Shown here: positions 39,520 through 53,576 of the stretch, piece after piece
Layout of the letters: each line of letters opens with the position of its first letter
Numbering within the stretch: position 1 is the stretch's first letter
NCBI GenBank assembly: GCA_028534125.1
Contig: CM052817.1
Coordinates: 108,316,001 to 108,380,000 of the forward strand
Direction of reading: 5' to 3'
Length of the DNA: 64,000 nt
Origin: Lama glama
Taxonomy: Eukaryota
Position numbers and translations under genes: made by a program
Notes under the pieces: model-generated
Told to the model about the DNA's origin: nothing
The model's input: the letters and a program-made list of their open reading frames with translations, nothing else
Database searches by the model: none

Positions 39520-39830
39520 TTCTCCAAAACTTAAATATACAATTACCATATGACCCAGCAATTCCACTCCTAGAACTGTGCAAAAGAACTAAAAGGAAAA
39601 AGTACAATGCATATTTGCACACCCACTTTCACAGCAGCCCTATTCACAGTAGTCAAAAGGTGGAAAGAACCCAAGTGTCCATCAACAGAGGAACAGGTAA
39701 ACAAAGTGTGGTATAGACATATACCCTGTGGAATATTAGTCAGCCATAAAAAGGAATGACATTCTGATACATGTTACAACATGAATGAACCTTGAAAACA
39801 TTATCCCCAGAAATCAAGACGAAGAAGAGT
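39520..39830 (+). mobile_element. L1 (L1MB-type) fragment
   Basis: ttaccatatgacccagcaattccactcctag...ccaagtgtccatcaacagag...atgaaccttgaaaacatt. Confidence 0.8.
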
Positions 39831-41939
39831 CTGTCCAGTATTACAACTTGTAGAAGGAACACAGGGAAAATATAACAACCCAGGGAAGGACAAGCATTTA
39901 AAGGGCTGGCTAGAAGTCTGAGGAAAAAACAAAAAAACAAAAAAACACATGCAACCCTGAGAATGTGATTTCACCAGAGTCCAAAGCTTTAGGATGGCCA
40001 CCAGCACCAAGTGCCATTGAAGGTCAAGTCCAATCAAACTGAACGCTTTCAGCAAATGAGGAAGCCGCGGAGGACTTCAGCAAAAACCCTTCTGGTAGAG
40101 TGGCACATCAGAAGTAAGATGGCAGAGGATTAAGATGTGAACAGAGGACAGTGTTTCCTACCTACAAGATGGAGAGAATAGTAATACACCCACAAGACGG
40201 GGTCTTTATAAGGAGTAAATGAGGAAGTATTAACAAAGTACATGAACTTCTTCTGGGCTTATTAAGCGCTAAACAAGTATTTTGTCTTATTAGGAGAACA
40301 TACTTTATGTAGTTACTCTTTTATAATGTTGGTAATTATGATGAATAGGATTTTGCTTCCGAAAAACAAAAAATCCTGCCTATAGTTTAATTCATTGGGT
40401 TTGGTCTCTTCTGTGCAGATCGACCTATAATGATCCTCAACAGTAATCCAGTTCTAGGTCACAAATCTTAATGCTAAAGTAGGTTTTCTGAGCACCTCCT
40501 GAACATGCCTTGTTTTCAGCGACACTGGTGTAAGCTCAATATACCATTAGCTTTGAGTCTACACTGGAATCTTTTTCTAAATTTTACTTTTCAGTAGAGC
40601 TCCGGAGTTGTATTCCATGAACATCACCGAAAAACTGGGAATGGCTTACTGCACTGTATCATTCTTGGTCATTATGAATTACCTTGTTACAGAAGTGCTT
40701 CCAAGATGCTTTTCTATTAGCTATGTAGCTGTATACTGTTATGTTCAATACAAGTTACAGCACGCTTATACATCTTTAAGACTGTTTAAAAATTTTTACA
40801 ATTTTAATTAATCACTTTAGCTCAACATTCATTAAAAGATAAAAGCTTATTAGTGAGCATTCTTTGGTTAATATTTTATGATCATTTCTAAATAATTGCC
40901 AGTTATTAGCATTTCAAATGCTTTATATTAAGATAACCAACTTTGAAATCTATTTGTTTTCACTTTAAATGATTCAATCACTATAATTACAGCTCTAGCA
41001 TTTTTTTCACAAAGACCAAATTCCCATCAGAACAGACTTCTTTTATCAGTGGGAAATTTCAATTGTTTTTAAAGAACTTGGTGACAAATACTACCATTGT
41101 CCATTCCAAACAGCACACTAATAGTCACATTTGGAAAATGGATGTCCCCCAACATTTTCAGCACCAATTAACACTCAAATTAAACTACTCCTTCAAGGCA
41201 ATAAAACATTTCACAAGAAGATATTAGAACTGGTTAGTTTCATTAATGATGTTTTAATATTAAGAACTGTTTATTTATATTTTGTGTCTTCTAACTACTT
41301 GTAATTTTTACCTAACTCTCATATATGCAATCTTTACTCATTTGTTTCCTTTACATTATGATTTTAAAAATGGCATTCAAGGCAATAAAGAAGATCAGCT
41401 CTCATAGCATCTGGCAGGATTATAATTAAAGTTCTGTCAATAGAGCTGTTATATGCCTGATTTGAAAGGATATAAATTTAGTACTTAGTGAGGTTAGAAG
41501 TGTCATGTAAGAACTGCAAGTTAACAAAATGTCAGTAAAAATCCTTAGGTTATATTTTATCTACTTTTCTAAATATGCCATATTTAAATAGTTGCCATTA
41601 AATATTAATAACATGTTATGAATATTCAAATTTTCCGAGCCCTATGCCTGTATTCCATTTTGATTAGGGGGTGCCTGCAAGGGGGATGCAATGATGCCAC
41701 ACCAAACAATAAACTCTGCAAGAGGAGCAGTCCACTGGACTGGATAGAAACAAAGTGCCCGACATGCTTCTGTTAAACATAGTGAAGGAATCATTTCTAT
41801 GATGTTTTGACAGGTTAGGCTGTTTGTCTAGCATGATTTACACCATTAATTCAATCTTCTATAGCAATTGATAATGACAAATTACTGGAAGGTGGAAATA
41901 AAACTGGGACAGTTCTCATCCTCATCCCATTGTCTAACA

Positions 41940-42154
41940 CAGTTGACCCTTGAGCAATGCAGGGGGTTAGCAGTCCTGACCTACGGTGCCATCAGAAGTC
42001 TGCATGTAACTTCATTGTCAGCCCCTCTATCCATGGAGTCAGCCAACCAACTACCGATCATGTAGTATGCAGAGCATATACAGTATCAGAGTGAAAAAGT
42101 CTGCACAAAAGTGGACCTGTGTGCTTCAAACTCGTGTTGTTCAGGGGTCAGCTG
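41940..42154 (+). mobile_element. MER8-like Tigger (TcMar) MITE
   Basis: Terminal inverted repeats cagttgacccttgagcaa / ttgttcaggggtcagctg, followed by TA. Confidence 0.85.
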
Positions 42155-42599
42155 TACAAGACTCGTTACAATGTCTAACCACCAATGTTTCCGAATAGTC
42201 TAGCTAGGAGACACAGGGCAAAGAGGAAAGAATCCATGATGAACTATATTATTCTTCATTTTATTTTTAAGGATTATATTATTCTTCATTTATACATTAT
42301 TTGCCTAGATCCATTAAAAAGGAACTTTGACAGAGAGACAGAAATATAGGATATTTTAACTACTAAAAGCATAGCTTCTCTTTCAAACAACATCCTTATG
42401 ACTGACTTTCATGAGTGAGAATTTTTAGTAATGATTGAACAAAAAACTACTGGTTATTTTTGGCATCTCCACCTATGGAAAAAGCAATATACATAATCAG
42501 GTAACCTGCCAGCAGCATTTGGGTGAAAGTCATATGTAATCAGATCATCCTCCAACAGAATTTAGGAGAAAAAAAATTGTTAACTACTGTTCATCAGTG

Positions 42600-43060
42600 T
42601 GTGTATCAGTTCCCTCATGCTGCTTTAACAAAATTAGCAAAAACTTAGGGAATTCAAGAACATGGCAAATTATCACCTTATGGGTCTGGAGCTCAGAACA
42701 TCAAAATCAGACTTCCTGGGCTTAAGCCAAGGTGTCCCCAGGGCAGGTTGCCTCTGGAGGCTCTGAGGAGAGTCCCAATTCCTTGCTTTTCCCAGCATCT
42801 CGAGGCCACCTGCATTCCTGGACCAGGTGTCAATCCCACTTCGCGTTGTTTTCATCACACCCACTGCTATGATGCAATCTTCCCCCTCCCTCTCCAAGGA
42901 GCCTTGTGATTACACTGGGACCCTCAGATAGCCAGGACACTCCCCCCTCCAAGAGCTCTAATCACACATGCAGGGTGTTTCACTGTGCAAAGTAACACTC
43001 ACAGGTTCCAGGGATTAGACCACAGTCATACCTGCACAACAACTATTTAGCCTACCCCAG
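42600..43060 (-). mobile_element. MaLR LTR (MLT1C/D-like), solo
   Basis: tgtatcagttccctcatgctgctttaacaaa...ctctggaggctctgaggg...ccttgtgattacactggg...cacaggttccagggattag. Confidence 0.8.
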
Positions 43061-44964
43061 GGTGCAACCCCTGAAGATGAGGGATATGAGAAAAAATAAA
43101 TATAATGCCATTTTAAGGTTTGTGTCTATGAGTTGAAAAATACAAAAAAAACCTGGGACAAGCATGTCTGATATTATTCTATAATAAATGAAACAATTCT
43201 GGAATGTTAATAACGAAAGCAACAAAAATAAAGAACAGTAAACTATGACAAGCTGTTAGGAAAGAAATTGAAATTAATATATAGAAGGAAATATATAGAA
43301 TAAGATTGTTTTAAAACAACAAAGATGAGTAATTGCTACAAACTAGAATAAAGCGCTTTTGGCTAATCCCAAATATGATCTTTTTTTTCCTTGACAGACT
43401 GCACTGCTCAAAAAGATTTGAAGTCTATTATGAAAACAAACAAAAAGTCACACACTGGGAAGCCGCAAAAAGTTTGGCAGGATTATGAACTGTAGTGTAT
43501 TAATAATTCAATATAATTACAAAGCATGCCTATACCAAAGAAAGACAATGGCTTGTATAAGCAGGCTTCTATTTCCATGGAAGAGCTTCTATGTATTTCT
43601 GATGCAGTAAACTGCCTGCATATAGATTATTACAATAGACCGCAACACCCAATTTTCCCCCACGAGTGCAACAGTTCATATTTTCTATTATATAAATCCC
43701 ACTGATTTAAGCCCAAGTTAAGAATTAAATGGAAAAAAAACAAAAAATATTTTAAGCATAAATGTAGAGCAGATGCCACCCAGCAACTAACAAACCATTT
43801 TTCTCACTGTTCAGATTACTCTTATCACCAGTGTCACAAACAGGAGCACGTTAACTGGCGCGATGAGAAGTGACTGTTGTAGCGACTTCAAATTAGGACG
43901 CTTACATTTAGTTGACAATTTGGGTAATGCGACCATTAATGCCAGTAAATATCACTTACAGTATTAATAGTGATACCGTATGGAAACGTAAGGCAGCAGA
44001 ATGCAAACGAACACACAGGTATAGAAACAGCAACCACAAAGCTAGAAACTGAGATCATCACACAAGCGCAGGACCATGGACGTGCAGGAGAGCTTGCGGA
44101 GTTATTAAGACAGCTGTGGTTTTTCTTCCACTACACAATTATGGCTTGTGAATAAATGTGAGATTCCTTTGAATTTAGTCATCAACAGCACCAGAATTAA
44201 GAAACAAAGAAGCCGGAAGGAAGGAATGTTTTCCAAACAGAGCTGGCTAAAATTTCCCTACAGCAATGTTAGTGACTATCACCTTGATTGCTTCTTGTTT
44301 GATAATCAACTTTATATCCTAGAGGAAAGGGCTGCCCTCCTCCCTCTGAAGCTGCCCACATCTGTCCACCATCTGGCTTGCAGCGACTCACATCCATCCA
44401 CCCCCCAAGCTCGGTCTCCTAACCTCATGCCTTCTGGAACAAGAAACTGCCCCTTGAGAAAGTAGAAAGATCTGAGCTGGGCAGGAAAGCACTGGGAATA
44501 CTGAAACTTCCAAGTGTTAGGGCTTTCTTCATGTTAGCAGGTCTTTGTTGGGGAGATTTCTAAGGGGCTATTAATAAACAAAACCACAACCGTATAGTGG
44601 GGCTCTGAATAAACATTAATGGTTCATTTTCTTTAGCATTTTCTTCAGGATGAGATTGTATTTTGAAATATTACATTAATTTGCAATTGCAAGTCAACCA
44701 AATAGTCACCATCTCTGAGAGTTACTGTGCCAGGCAAAATACTGTTGCTTTAATTCTGTCATTTTTTTTCACTCTTTTTAGGGTATAACACATCAAGTAA
44801 GCTTGTCTGATATCACAACTCACATGCTGTCCACATCATACTGTTTAACTGAACATATATTCTGCATTTAGACAAATCTAATGCTCTCTGCTTTTCCAGC
44901 CTCTTGTTTCAGGAGGCCTTTTTGTTTTCTTTTGTTTTTGAGAAATATGCTCTCTGGTTCTTAT

Positions 44965-45782
44965 CAAAAAGACACAAGGTAACAAATTCTGGGAAAACTG
45001 TGGAGAAAAGAGAATCACTGTACACTGTTAGTAGAAATGCAAACTGACACAGCTACAGTGAAAAACAGCACAGAGATTCCTCAAGAAATTTAAAACAGAA
45101 CTCCATTTCATCCAGCAACCAGCCTCTGGGAATATATCCAAAGGAAACAAGAGATCTAGAAGAGATGTCTGAACTTCCATGTTCACTGCAGCATTATTCA
45201 CAACAGCCAAAACAGGAACCAATTTAAGTGCCCATCAGTGGATGAATGGATGAAGAAAATGTGGTATATATATGTACAGTGGAATATTATTCAGCCTTAA
45301 AAAAGACAAAATACTATCATTTGCAACAATATGGATGGACCAGGAGAGCATTATGCTACATAAAATAAACCAGACAGAGAAAGACCAATATTCAGAGTAT
45401 CACTTACATGTTGAATCTTAAAAAATAAAAAGTCTAATCCACAGAAACAGAGAGTAGGAAAGTGATTGCCAGGGACTTGGTGGAGGTGGGGGGGAGAATG
45501 GGGAGAGTTTGATAACAGGTACAAACTTCCAGTTGCAAGATGAAGGTCTCAGGTTCTCATGTATTACACAGTGACTCTAGCTGATAATATATTGTTTAAC
45601 TGAAATTTGCTAAGAGAGTAGAACTTAATTGTTCTCATCACAAAAAAAAAAAGATAAACATGAGGTGATGGACATGTTAATTAACTTCATGGGAGAAATC
45701 CTATCAAATCATCACATACACTTTAAATAGCTTACAATTTCCTTTGTCAATTACACCTCAATAAAGCTAAAATAAAAATAAT
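44965..45782 (+). mobile_element. L1MA-type 3' end
   Basis: ggaatatatccaaagg...atgttcactgcagcattattcacaacagccaa...aaatttgctaagagagtagaac...tacacctcaataaagct. Confidence 0.85.
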
Positions 45783-46687
45783 CAAGTGGGTGATTGGAAG
45801 AACAAAGAAGGAAATACCGTCTCATAATAAAACTCCTAGCCACACACGTATACCTGTTTAGCTACCTTCCTGAGTCATCACTAACATTCCTGACCAGTGT
45901 TTCACAGGTAACGGGGAAAAAGTTCTGTCTTAGGTACATTCTTTTTCCCTTAGAAGACATCTTAATGTTATCTCTATACCTACGATAGCTTGTATCGTTT
46001 CCAACTATTAAGCATCAAGTTATTAGGGCATTTGTGTTTGGAAAGACAGAGCAAATCTATAAAATATGACAGCCTCAAAAGACACACCTATAAACTCTGT
46101 CTTATAGGGATGTGTGAAATCAGCATTGCCAAAAGCAAAATATAGTAATTGTGATAAAGTAGATTATTTCATCTATTTGATGAATATGGCTCCGATTCTG
46201 AAACTTCAGGCCGTATCTGCACAACACAGGCAGGTTATTCATCAAAAGAAATCACAAGTATCAATAATTTGGCTCCTCTGCATAAAGGTCTCTAAAACTG
46301 ACAAAATTAACATTCTACAATGATAACATTATTTACTCTGTTATTTTACCAAATAAACGGTCCACATGAGTCTGTTGTCTAAATTTCCTCTGCCAATTTT
46401 CTTACAGCTAGCTTGACTCACTTTTCGCTGGGAAAACAGCAGAATTTATTTGTTCATTTGTTTAATCAGTATCAGTTAATAGCGTTCACTAACTGAGGAC
46501 CTACTGTCTTCTGTACTTTACGGAAAATGAAGAAGAAGGATACATTATTCCTGACTTTGAGAGGTTTACAGTCCATCAGAGAATAAAAGGAAGACACACA
46601 AAGTTAGTTTAATTACAGTGAAGAAGCCATCAGATTTAACCAACAAATGACAGAGACGAAAGGCGTGGACTGGAAAGAGGGTACAGA

Positions 46688-46824
46688 GGGAAGGGTATAG
46701 CTCAAATGGTAGAGCATGTGCTTAGCATGCACAGGGTCCCGGGTTCAATCCCCAGTACCTCCTCTTAAAAATATAAATAAATAAGTAAATTTGATTACCT
46801 CCCCCCTCAAAAACAAAATAAAAT
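46688..46824 (+). mobile_element. tRNA-Ala-derived SINE (Vic-1 type)
   Basis: gggaagggtatagctcaaatggtagagc...cttagcatgc...gggttcaatccccagtacctcc; 15-bp TSD gaaagaggg(t/c)acaga at 46673-46687 and 46825-46839. Confidence 0.92.
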
Positions 46825-48483
46825 GAAAGAGGGCACAGAATGAGTCAGAGGAGCACAAAGCAGTGAAAGACTGATTCGAGGATGAGAGATGCAGATAGGA
46901 GGTAAGTAGTGGAGGCAGAAACTCTGCTGAAAACTGGTCGAAGCCGGTCCCAGCACTGGGTGTTTTGGGTGCCCTACCATGAAGAGTGCGCAGAACAGGA
47001 GAAGATTATGAGGAAAGTTATTCTATATTTCATTAGAATCCTCAAATAAACTGTAAGGAAATTCTTACTCTGTTCCTAACATTCCATCAAGTAACTACTG
47101 ATGGGAGAGAAGTGTAGTGTCTGATATTTGGAAGCTATTCAGTATGTATTAGAGAACAGACACATTAATGATACTTACAGAGCGAGACACATGTGTAGCC
47201 TTTATGAAAGTGAGAAAACAAATCCTTGCATTCATTGTCCTCAAATGCAAGAGAGTCGAGGATGTTTCCGACCGGCTGTAACAGCGTGATTGGGGTGCTT
47301 TGAGTTAGTGGGGTGGCGTCACGGAGGATAAAACAGGGTGCAGAGAAGAGTATGGAGACGAAGCAGATCCCCTTAAAGTCTCACCTTCAGAAACTGACAT
47401 CCCTCACTCCTGTTCAGTGAAGTACTTAGACAGACAAATCAGATTCTCAATTAGTGAGTGCCACCCTTGTCTCCTGAGTGCCACGTGGTCATCTATATTT
47501 TATTTCAGACCTGCCTTTTAGTGATCTATACTATACTAGACATACAGTCATTCAGGTAAACTAAAACGTCACTGTAAGTGAATTTTGGACTTGATTTCAA
47601 ATTTAAAAAACAGTATATCAACATATTCTCTTAAAAAATCAATTATTCAGGTGCTAAATAAATGCTTCTATAAAAAATAAACAACAATCTCATCACAATT
47701 AGATATAAAAATAGGAGTCATAATTTAAATGCAATATATGATTGCTTTTATTACACACTATGCTGCTACTAGGAATAAAGGAATAAATATTTAAAACCAT
47801 TCTTTCTCTAGTCTGAGACAGTCCCCAACAAACTATACTGTGCTCAAACCATTACTATTCAGCTTTCAATCCAAACTGTATATTATTGCTTAAGAAAAAT
47901 ATTTTTAAAAATCTTAAAAAAAAAAAAAAACCCTTAAGCTTCTTTCAGCCACCTGAAGTATCATTCCAGCACGTGGCTTTTCAAAAAGGGTACAAATCTA
48001 ATATTCTAAACACTATTATGCCAAGCAGACTTTACTGAATGTCTTTTGAGAAATGGAGGGGTAATCACATCACACATCACTCAGGAAATCTACTCGTCAT
48101 GTTTCCCAGACGGGGCTCTTTTTTGTCCTAAAGCCCAACTCATCGTGGACCGCCCCTCCTCCCCAAGCCTCTCTTTTCTGTTCTTTTCAAGGCAAGAGCC
48201 TGACAGTCCCTCCCTCCGGCTCCTCTTGGCCTTTCCTGGCCCTTTCTCCCTGTTACATAATCTTTTCAGGATGCTCCGTGGCCCTAATTTAGGAAAATCA
48301 AACTTGATTTTCACAATTCTCTACTCCACACATCACAAAGTTATCACAACAGAGGAAGCAAAGATTCTTCTGAGGAAACTGGAAGGAAAAGAACTATGAA
48401 CACTCAAATATTTTTAAATGCTCATACACATACGCTTATTAGAAAAAATTTTGCTCCGAATATTCATTGCCTAAATCCTTTTC

Positions 48484-48653
48484 TGGGTGGAGGGTATAGC
48501 TCAAAAGATAGAGCGCATGCTTAGCATGCATGCACAAGGTCCTCGGTTCAATCCCCAGTGCCGCTTCCAAAAATAAAATCTAATTACCTCCCCCTCCAAT
48601 AAAACCTAAAAATATATAAAGTCACCTAGAAATGTAAAGAAAAAGATACTTCA
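48484..48653 (+). mobile_element. tRNA-Ala-derived SINE (Vic-1 type), about 280 nt into intron 4
   Basis: ggagggtatagctcaaaagatagagcgcatgcttagcatgc...ggttcaatccccag; TSD-like ctaa(a/g)tccttttc at 48471-48483 and 48654-48666. Confidence 0.88.
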
Positions 48654-48932
48654 CTAAGTCCTTTTCCCAGGTGGTATCCAATCAGCTATACAGAGTGAGT
48701 ATGTTAATTCTCCCAAGTCTGGAAGTTTTAATGAAGTATTAAGACTAAATTTGAATTGCAAAATCGCAAAGGCATTGAAATCACTGATTTAACAAAAGCC
48801 TGAAATTTGGTTACCAGTAGAAAACATGCATTTTTCCTTAGAGTTACTACTTATTTTTCAGTTTTAGTTTCTTCCACTATCCTATAGTTACAATTCTGAC
48901 ACTTAAAAATGTTAAATTAATTGCAGTCTTAC

Positions 48933-49000
48933 CATTGTTGTCTCTTGAATAGATCCAAAACTGTTGATAAAAATGTTGACTACGACATCAACAGGGATGC
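48933..49000 (-). CDS. GLRB: Glycine receptor beta, exon 4 ([22 protein letters not shown])
   Basis: Minus strand poly-T...atcgctag|GCATCCCTGTT...ACAATG|gtaaga; 68 nt; too short for the ORF track. Confidence 0.97.
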
Positions 49001-49365
49001 CTAGCGATAAAAAAAAAAAAAATTAAGGATGTATTTAGTAGCTGTAAAAAAATCTGCTCAGAATCTTCAGATTTTTATATTTTTTTCCAATCCACATGGG
49101 TGTAAAATTATAAACTTATGGTTTCAGTGTACCATGTTCATAAATTGCTATTAACTTATTTTTCTAAATAGGGATCAATACACAAATGAAAACTGAGTTA
49201 TGCTGTATGTTACAGTGTTATTATTCAGCAATACTTCTCTTAAATTGTAGACTCTGGAAAAATATATGTACCTTTAAAGGTTTTTATTTTAATTGGGCTG
49301 ATGAATTTACTTTCAGAAATTGTAAATTATTCTTTTAAAAAACGTCATTTAAAAAATCCTTTTTT

Positions 49366-49548
49366 AGAATAGATAAACAAGATTATCCTATATAGCACAG
49401 GGAAATATATACAAGATCTTATGGTAGCTCACAGAGAAAGGAATGTGACAATGAATATATATGTGTTCATGTATAATTGAAAAATTGTGCTCTACACTGG
49501 AATTAGACACAACATTGTAAAATGATTATAAATCAATAAAAAATGTTA
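49366..49548 (+). mobile_element. Young 5'-truncated L1 3' end
   Basis: Perfect 15-bp TSD aaaaaatcctttttt at 49351-49365 and 49549-49563; same subfamily as 57487-57892. Confidence 0.92.
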
Positions 49549-50790
49549 AAAAAATCCTTTTTTGCATATTTATAATCATTTTAAATTTTTACTTTCAAAA
49601 GTAAAGCAGTATTTAATAAATTTACTTACAATTATTGTTTTGATTCTTAATTCATGAAAATGCAAAGCTAATCAGACAGCAGAATCATTATAAAGATTTT
49701 TGCCTGACCTGTTGGAAAATAATTTTAAAGGAACTAAGGTATAATGTTGCAAATTTCTCTCCTGATTTTTTTTTCTTACTCATTGTGGGCTGCTGGTTGT
49801 CTAACAAAGGGAAAACATGAATTTAGCCTTTTAGCCACATAACCTCTGACTGATGGAAAACAGGTGTTGGATCAATACATGGGAGACACGTGACAACCCC
49901 ACCGCGACGCTGCTGAAAGTAACTGGGTAGGTTTTGGAAGAAACAAAAACTCTGCTTTTACAACACAGTTGTAAACCTCAGTTGACTAGAAGCAGCTGCA
50001 GTCATTTCTTTTTCTTTTTTATTCTATAAAGTAAAACATGTTATTCTGATCTATATCAATACCTGTCCTTTAATGTCTATTAATACCAGCAGCAAAGCTT
50101 ATAGTTTTCCAGAGATATTCTCATATAGTTTTTCCTAACTCATCAAGAGAAAGAAAGGAAGAAAGAAAGAAATGCAGGGAGGAAGGAAGGATGGAAGGAA
50201 GGAAATATACAGTCCTCCTATGACTTACTGCAAGTACAGTTTTGGTTCTTCTAAGGTGTGATAAGTGGTAATACCTTGTTGAAAATATAGTCACTTTTAT
50301 TCACAAAGTGTTTTAAAAACCATGTGGCCATCTTTTTTCAGCTAGAGAGTAGAAGGAATTTTTTTAATCAATGTGCAAAGCTAACAGAAAGTAAAAAAAG
50401 AATCTAAATGCATATTTCTCTATCCTCAAATGAGTGTCTGGCCATTCTCCTACAAAGTACAACTTTGTTGTCCGTGAATGAAAGCCAGAGCCTAAATTTT
50501 AAATTATTAAGGTTAAGAATACAAAGTACTTAGAAAACTCATCACATAGGTTAGCCTATTAATTCACAATACACCTTTTGTTTAAACTGAGAACTGCATA
50601 AAACTATTAGATAATATTTTGCTTATCTTTCAACATTTTTGGCATTAAGTTGCTAAGTACATTACAGGACAGTTATATGTCAATTTAAAATATTACTATT
50701 TTGAATATTAAAAATAAATGGTTTTATATAGATAAAATCAGTTTTCAAACTGCAAAGAATGAAGATGCCCAGGGGGTGGAGAAAACAAAC

Positions 50791-50897
50791 CTTTGAAATT
50801 TGGTCTTATTCGGGGATCATAACTGACCAATAGCCTATTCAAGATATTGCTGGTGGAGTTGGCAGGCACTCGGGCTAGGTCCTCTGCTGACTGCTGG
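50791..50897 (-). CDS. GLRB: Glycine receptor beta, exon 3 ([36 protein letters not shown])
   Basis: Minus strand tttctcttacag|CCAGCAGTCAGCAG...TTCAAAG|gtttgt; 107 nt; contains the N-terminal helix/YDPRIRP motif of Cys-loop receptors. Confidence 0.98.
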
Positions 50898-52623
50898 CTG
50901 TAAGAGAAAAAACAAAACAAAACCAAACCCTGGTAAGAATCCAGAAATAGAGAGGAACAGGAATGGGGAATTTTCACTGGAGAAAAGACCTCGCTTTTTG
51001 AGACAAATCCACAATTACAGCATGGTTTTCCCAACCAGAAGTAGTAAACATTGTCAGACGCACAAAGATACTTATCAAAAAAAATAAAATAAAATAAAAA
51101 CAAACCAAAAAAGGATTTGGGAACTTAATTTTACCAAATGCATAAAACACTGCTCTAAACAGTCCATGCTACTTTCTTGTAAATCCAATTAAGCAGACAT
51201 CTCACTTGTCCTGAAGCAACAAGCAATCAAAACCTACATAAACACAAAGGCAGGGCAGACAATAAAAGAAAAAAAAGAGCAAAAAGTAATTTTTGAACAA
51301 TATATAATATTAACTTGCCTAAGCAAAGGAGTGTGTAAATACTGCAGGATGGTATGACCAGAGAGACAGCCCAAGAATTCATAAAACAGTCATGCTGACA
51401 CTTACAAAATGATATTGAGCAAGAAACGCACCATGAATGGTCTCCTCATAGAGTCAAACATGTTGGTGGCGGGAGCGGGTTTTGGTAAAAGAAGTTTCTC
51501 AGTTAACAGGCCAATTACACAGCTGTAAGATACAATTACCTTTCCTTTGAATATACATATTCGCTGTCAACTGTCAGAAAGAGAAAGACTGCCAAATTTT
51601 TTCTATTTTAATTAACTTAGAACAGTGAATCTTGACCAAATTGGTAGTTGCCTGAAAGCACTTTAAAAAAACAAAAAACAAAACAAACAACAATGACAAA
51701 AAAAAAAAAAAAACACTTCCTTGGAAGCCAGTGGAAACTGTTCTGTTGTTCACCATTTGTCTGGGTTGGTTTTTCCACCATAAAGTCTTACCATAGGATC
51801 ATTCTCCCTATACAAAAATAGATCCATGACAATCACAAGGAAGGTTAAAGCTATACTTGGAGCATTGAGCACTGTCTATTCTCTACTGATAAGGTAAACG
51901 CCTCAATTTCATAAGTGACATTAACTTACATGAAGCAAACAATGTAATGCGATCAGCTTTGTTCTGAAATCCCAGCTCTGACCCCTCAGGCAATTCTGTT
52001 CTGTGTTAATTACCATACAATGTGCTGATAAGCTAAAACCTCTACAGGTGAAACATGACAGATAATAAGTGTATGAAAAAAATCTAAAAATGCTATGAAT
52101 TAATACGTACAACTTTTTCAAGTAGCTATCTGACAGAACCCAAAACACTGGAGGGAAAAAATGAAAACCCATTAGTTAAACCTCCCAAAGGTGCAGGAGA
52201 GTCAGTAGATTTAAGTTATTTCCACAGCCTTATCAGCTCCCACATCTCAGCTTCAGGGCTTGGGGACAGGTAATGAGATTTTCCCATTTCACTGCAGGGG
52301 AACTTGTAACCTCCTTAGAACTGACTGTCATCTCAATCGAAAGATAGAAAACTCCAAAGAGAACACGGCTGTGCGGGAAAACTGGATGTGGAAATTAGTG
52401 TCCAAACCCATCGACAAGTTTTCTCTTTCAAGGGAGGAAAACAGAACTGATTGATTGCAAAATACACTTGTATTGGATCGATTAAGAGGTGCTATTATTT
52501 TGTCTCAATTTAAAGTCCTTCAGAAGCACATTTCTTCTAAGCGAAGTGGCCAGGCAACTTAAAGACCATTAACAATACTTTCTGTAATAGGGAACTTTCC
52601 TGCCTTATTTTTTCCCTTCTGGC

Positions 52624-53177
52624 TGTGAAGGGAGACAAAAAAATGCCACCCCAGAATATATGTCTTTTGGGCATGAGGGTTGTTTTGAGCTCAAGGTACT
52701 TGAAAAACAGCAAATGTAAGAGAGGCTTTTTCTAAACTTTTTCTCTGTCTAAAGACAGGTCCTCCAAAAGGATTTCTAGTGCCTCAAATCCCCTCCCGGG
52801 AAGTTTCATCAGCTACGGAAGATCATAACTCTCACCACAGGAGAGGACAACACTTGACGCCACACCCAGACACACCGATCACAGACTATCACCCCTCCTC
52901 CGTCTAGTCTTCCCAGGGCCATTCATCTTTCCTACAAGCCATCCACTCTGCCTTAGGAGACCCATCTCCCTCCTATTAGGATGGTGTACAAACTCTCAAG
53001 TCTCACCACTCTTTCTGGTACTCACTTTTCTTTTTGCTATGATGCCTGCCCACGTATACATAAACATTAAAAATTAATAACTGTGTGCACCTTGTATCCT
53101 GTCAGTATGACTGTTGTCAGAATAGTCCATAGACCCAGGTACCGAGGACAGGGGGGAAAACCCTCCCCTCCCCTACC
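52624..53177 (+). mobile_element. ERV1 solo LTR (MER34-like)
   Basis: tgtgaaggg...atgccaccccagaatat...ttttgagctcaagg...aaaacagcaaatg start; ...ccctcccctcccctac end. Confidence 0.7.
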
Positions 53178-53427
53178 GTGTAAGCTGTGCCAATCAAACT
53201 CATTTTCTAGCCCTTTTAACTCACTTCCAAATTTTCTCTTCCTCCAGAATCAGTCCCTCTTCCTGGAAGACTGCAGCTCCTACTCTCCATCATCCTGAGT
53301 TCAGCCCAAGGACTCTTTGAAGACTGCCCTTCTAAAATCTTGCCTCGATCATCCTGGCTTACTCTGATAAACACAGACTCATACATATACTGTTTGGCAA
53401 TTATTCTGTAGCTTCTTTTCATATCTA

Positions 53428-53576
53428 CATGTGTATCACCACACAGACTAGACCAAATGTACAGTTGTGAGTCCTGGGGAAATCATGGCTTCTGTATTTC
53501 TTGTCTAGTATTAAATACTCATGTGTATTACCAACTAGACCAAATACACAGTGACTGTTGATGGAATTATGGCTTC
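53428..53576. repeat. Diverged direct duplication with about 92-bp period
   Basis: catgtgtat..acc..actagaccaaat..acagt...ggaa.t.atggcttc occurs twice. Confidence 0.7.

Noticed and set aside
46688..46762. Apparent tRNA-Ala(AGC) gene (also at 33995, 48484, 15184, 54366)
   Set aside because: Followed by a SINE body and A-rich tail, with TSDs at three of the copies and stem mismatches; these are SINE heads, not tRNA genes.
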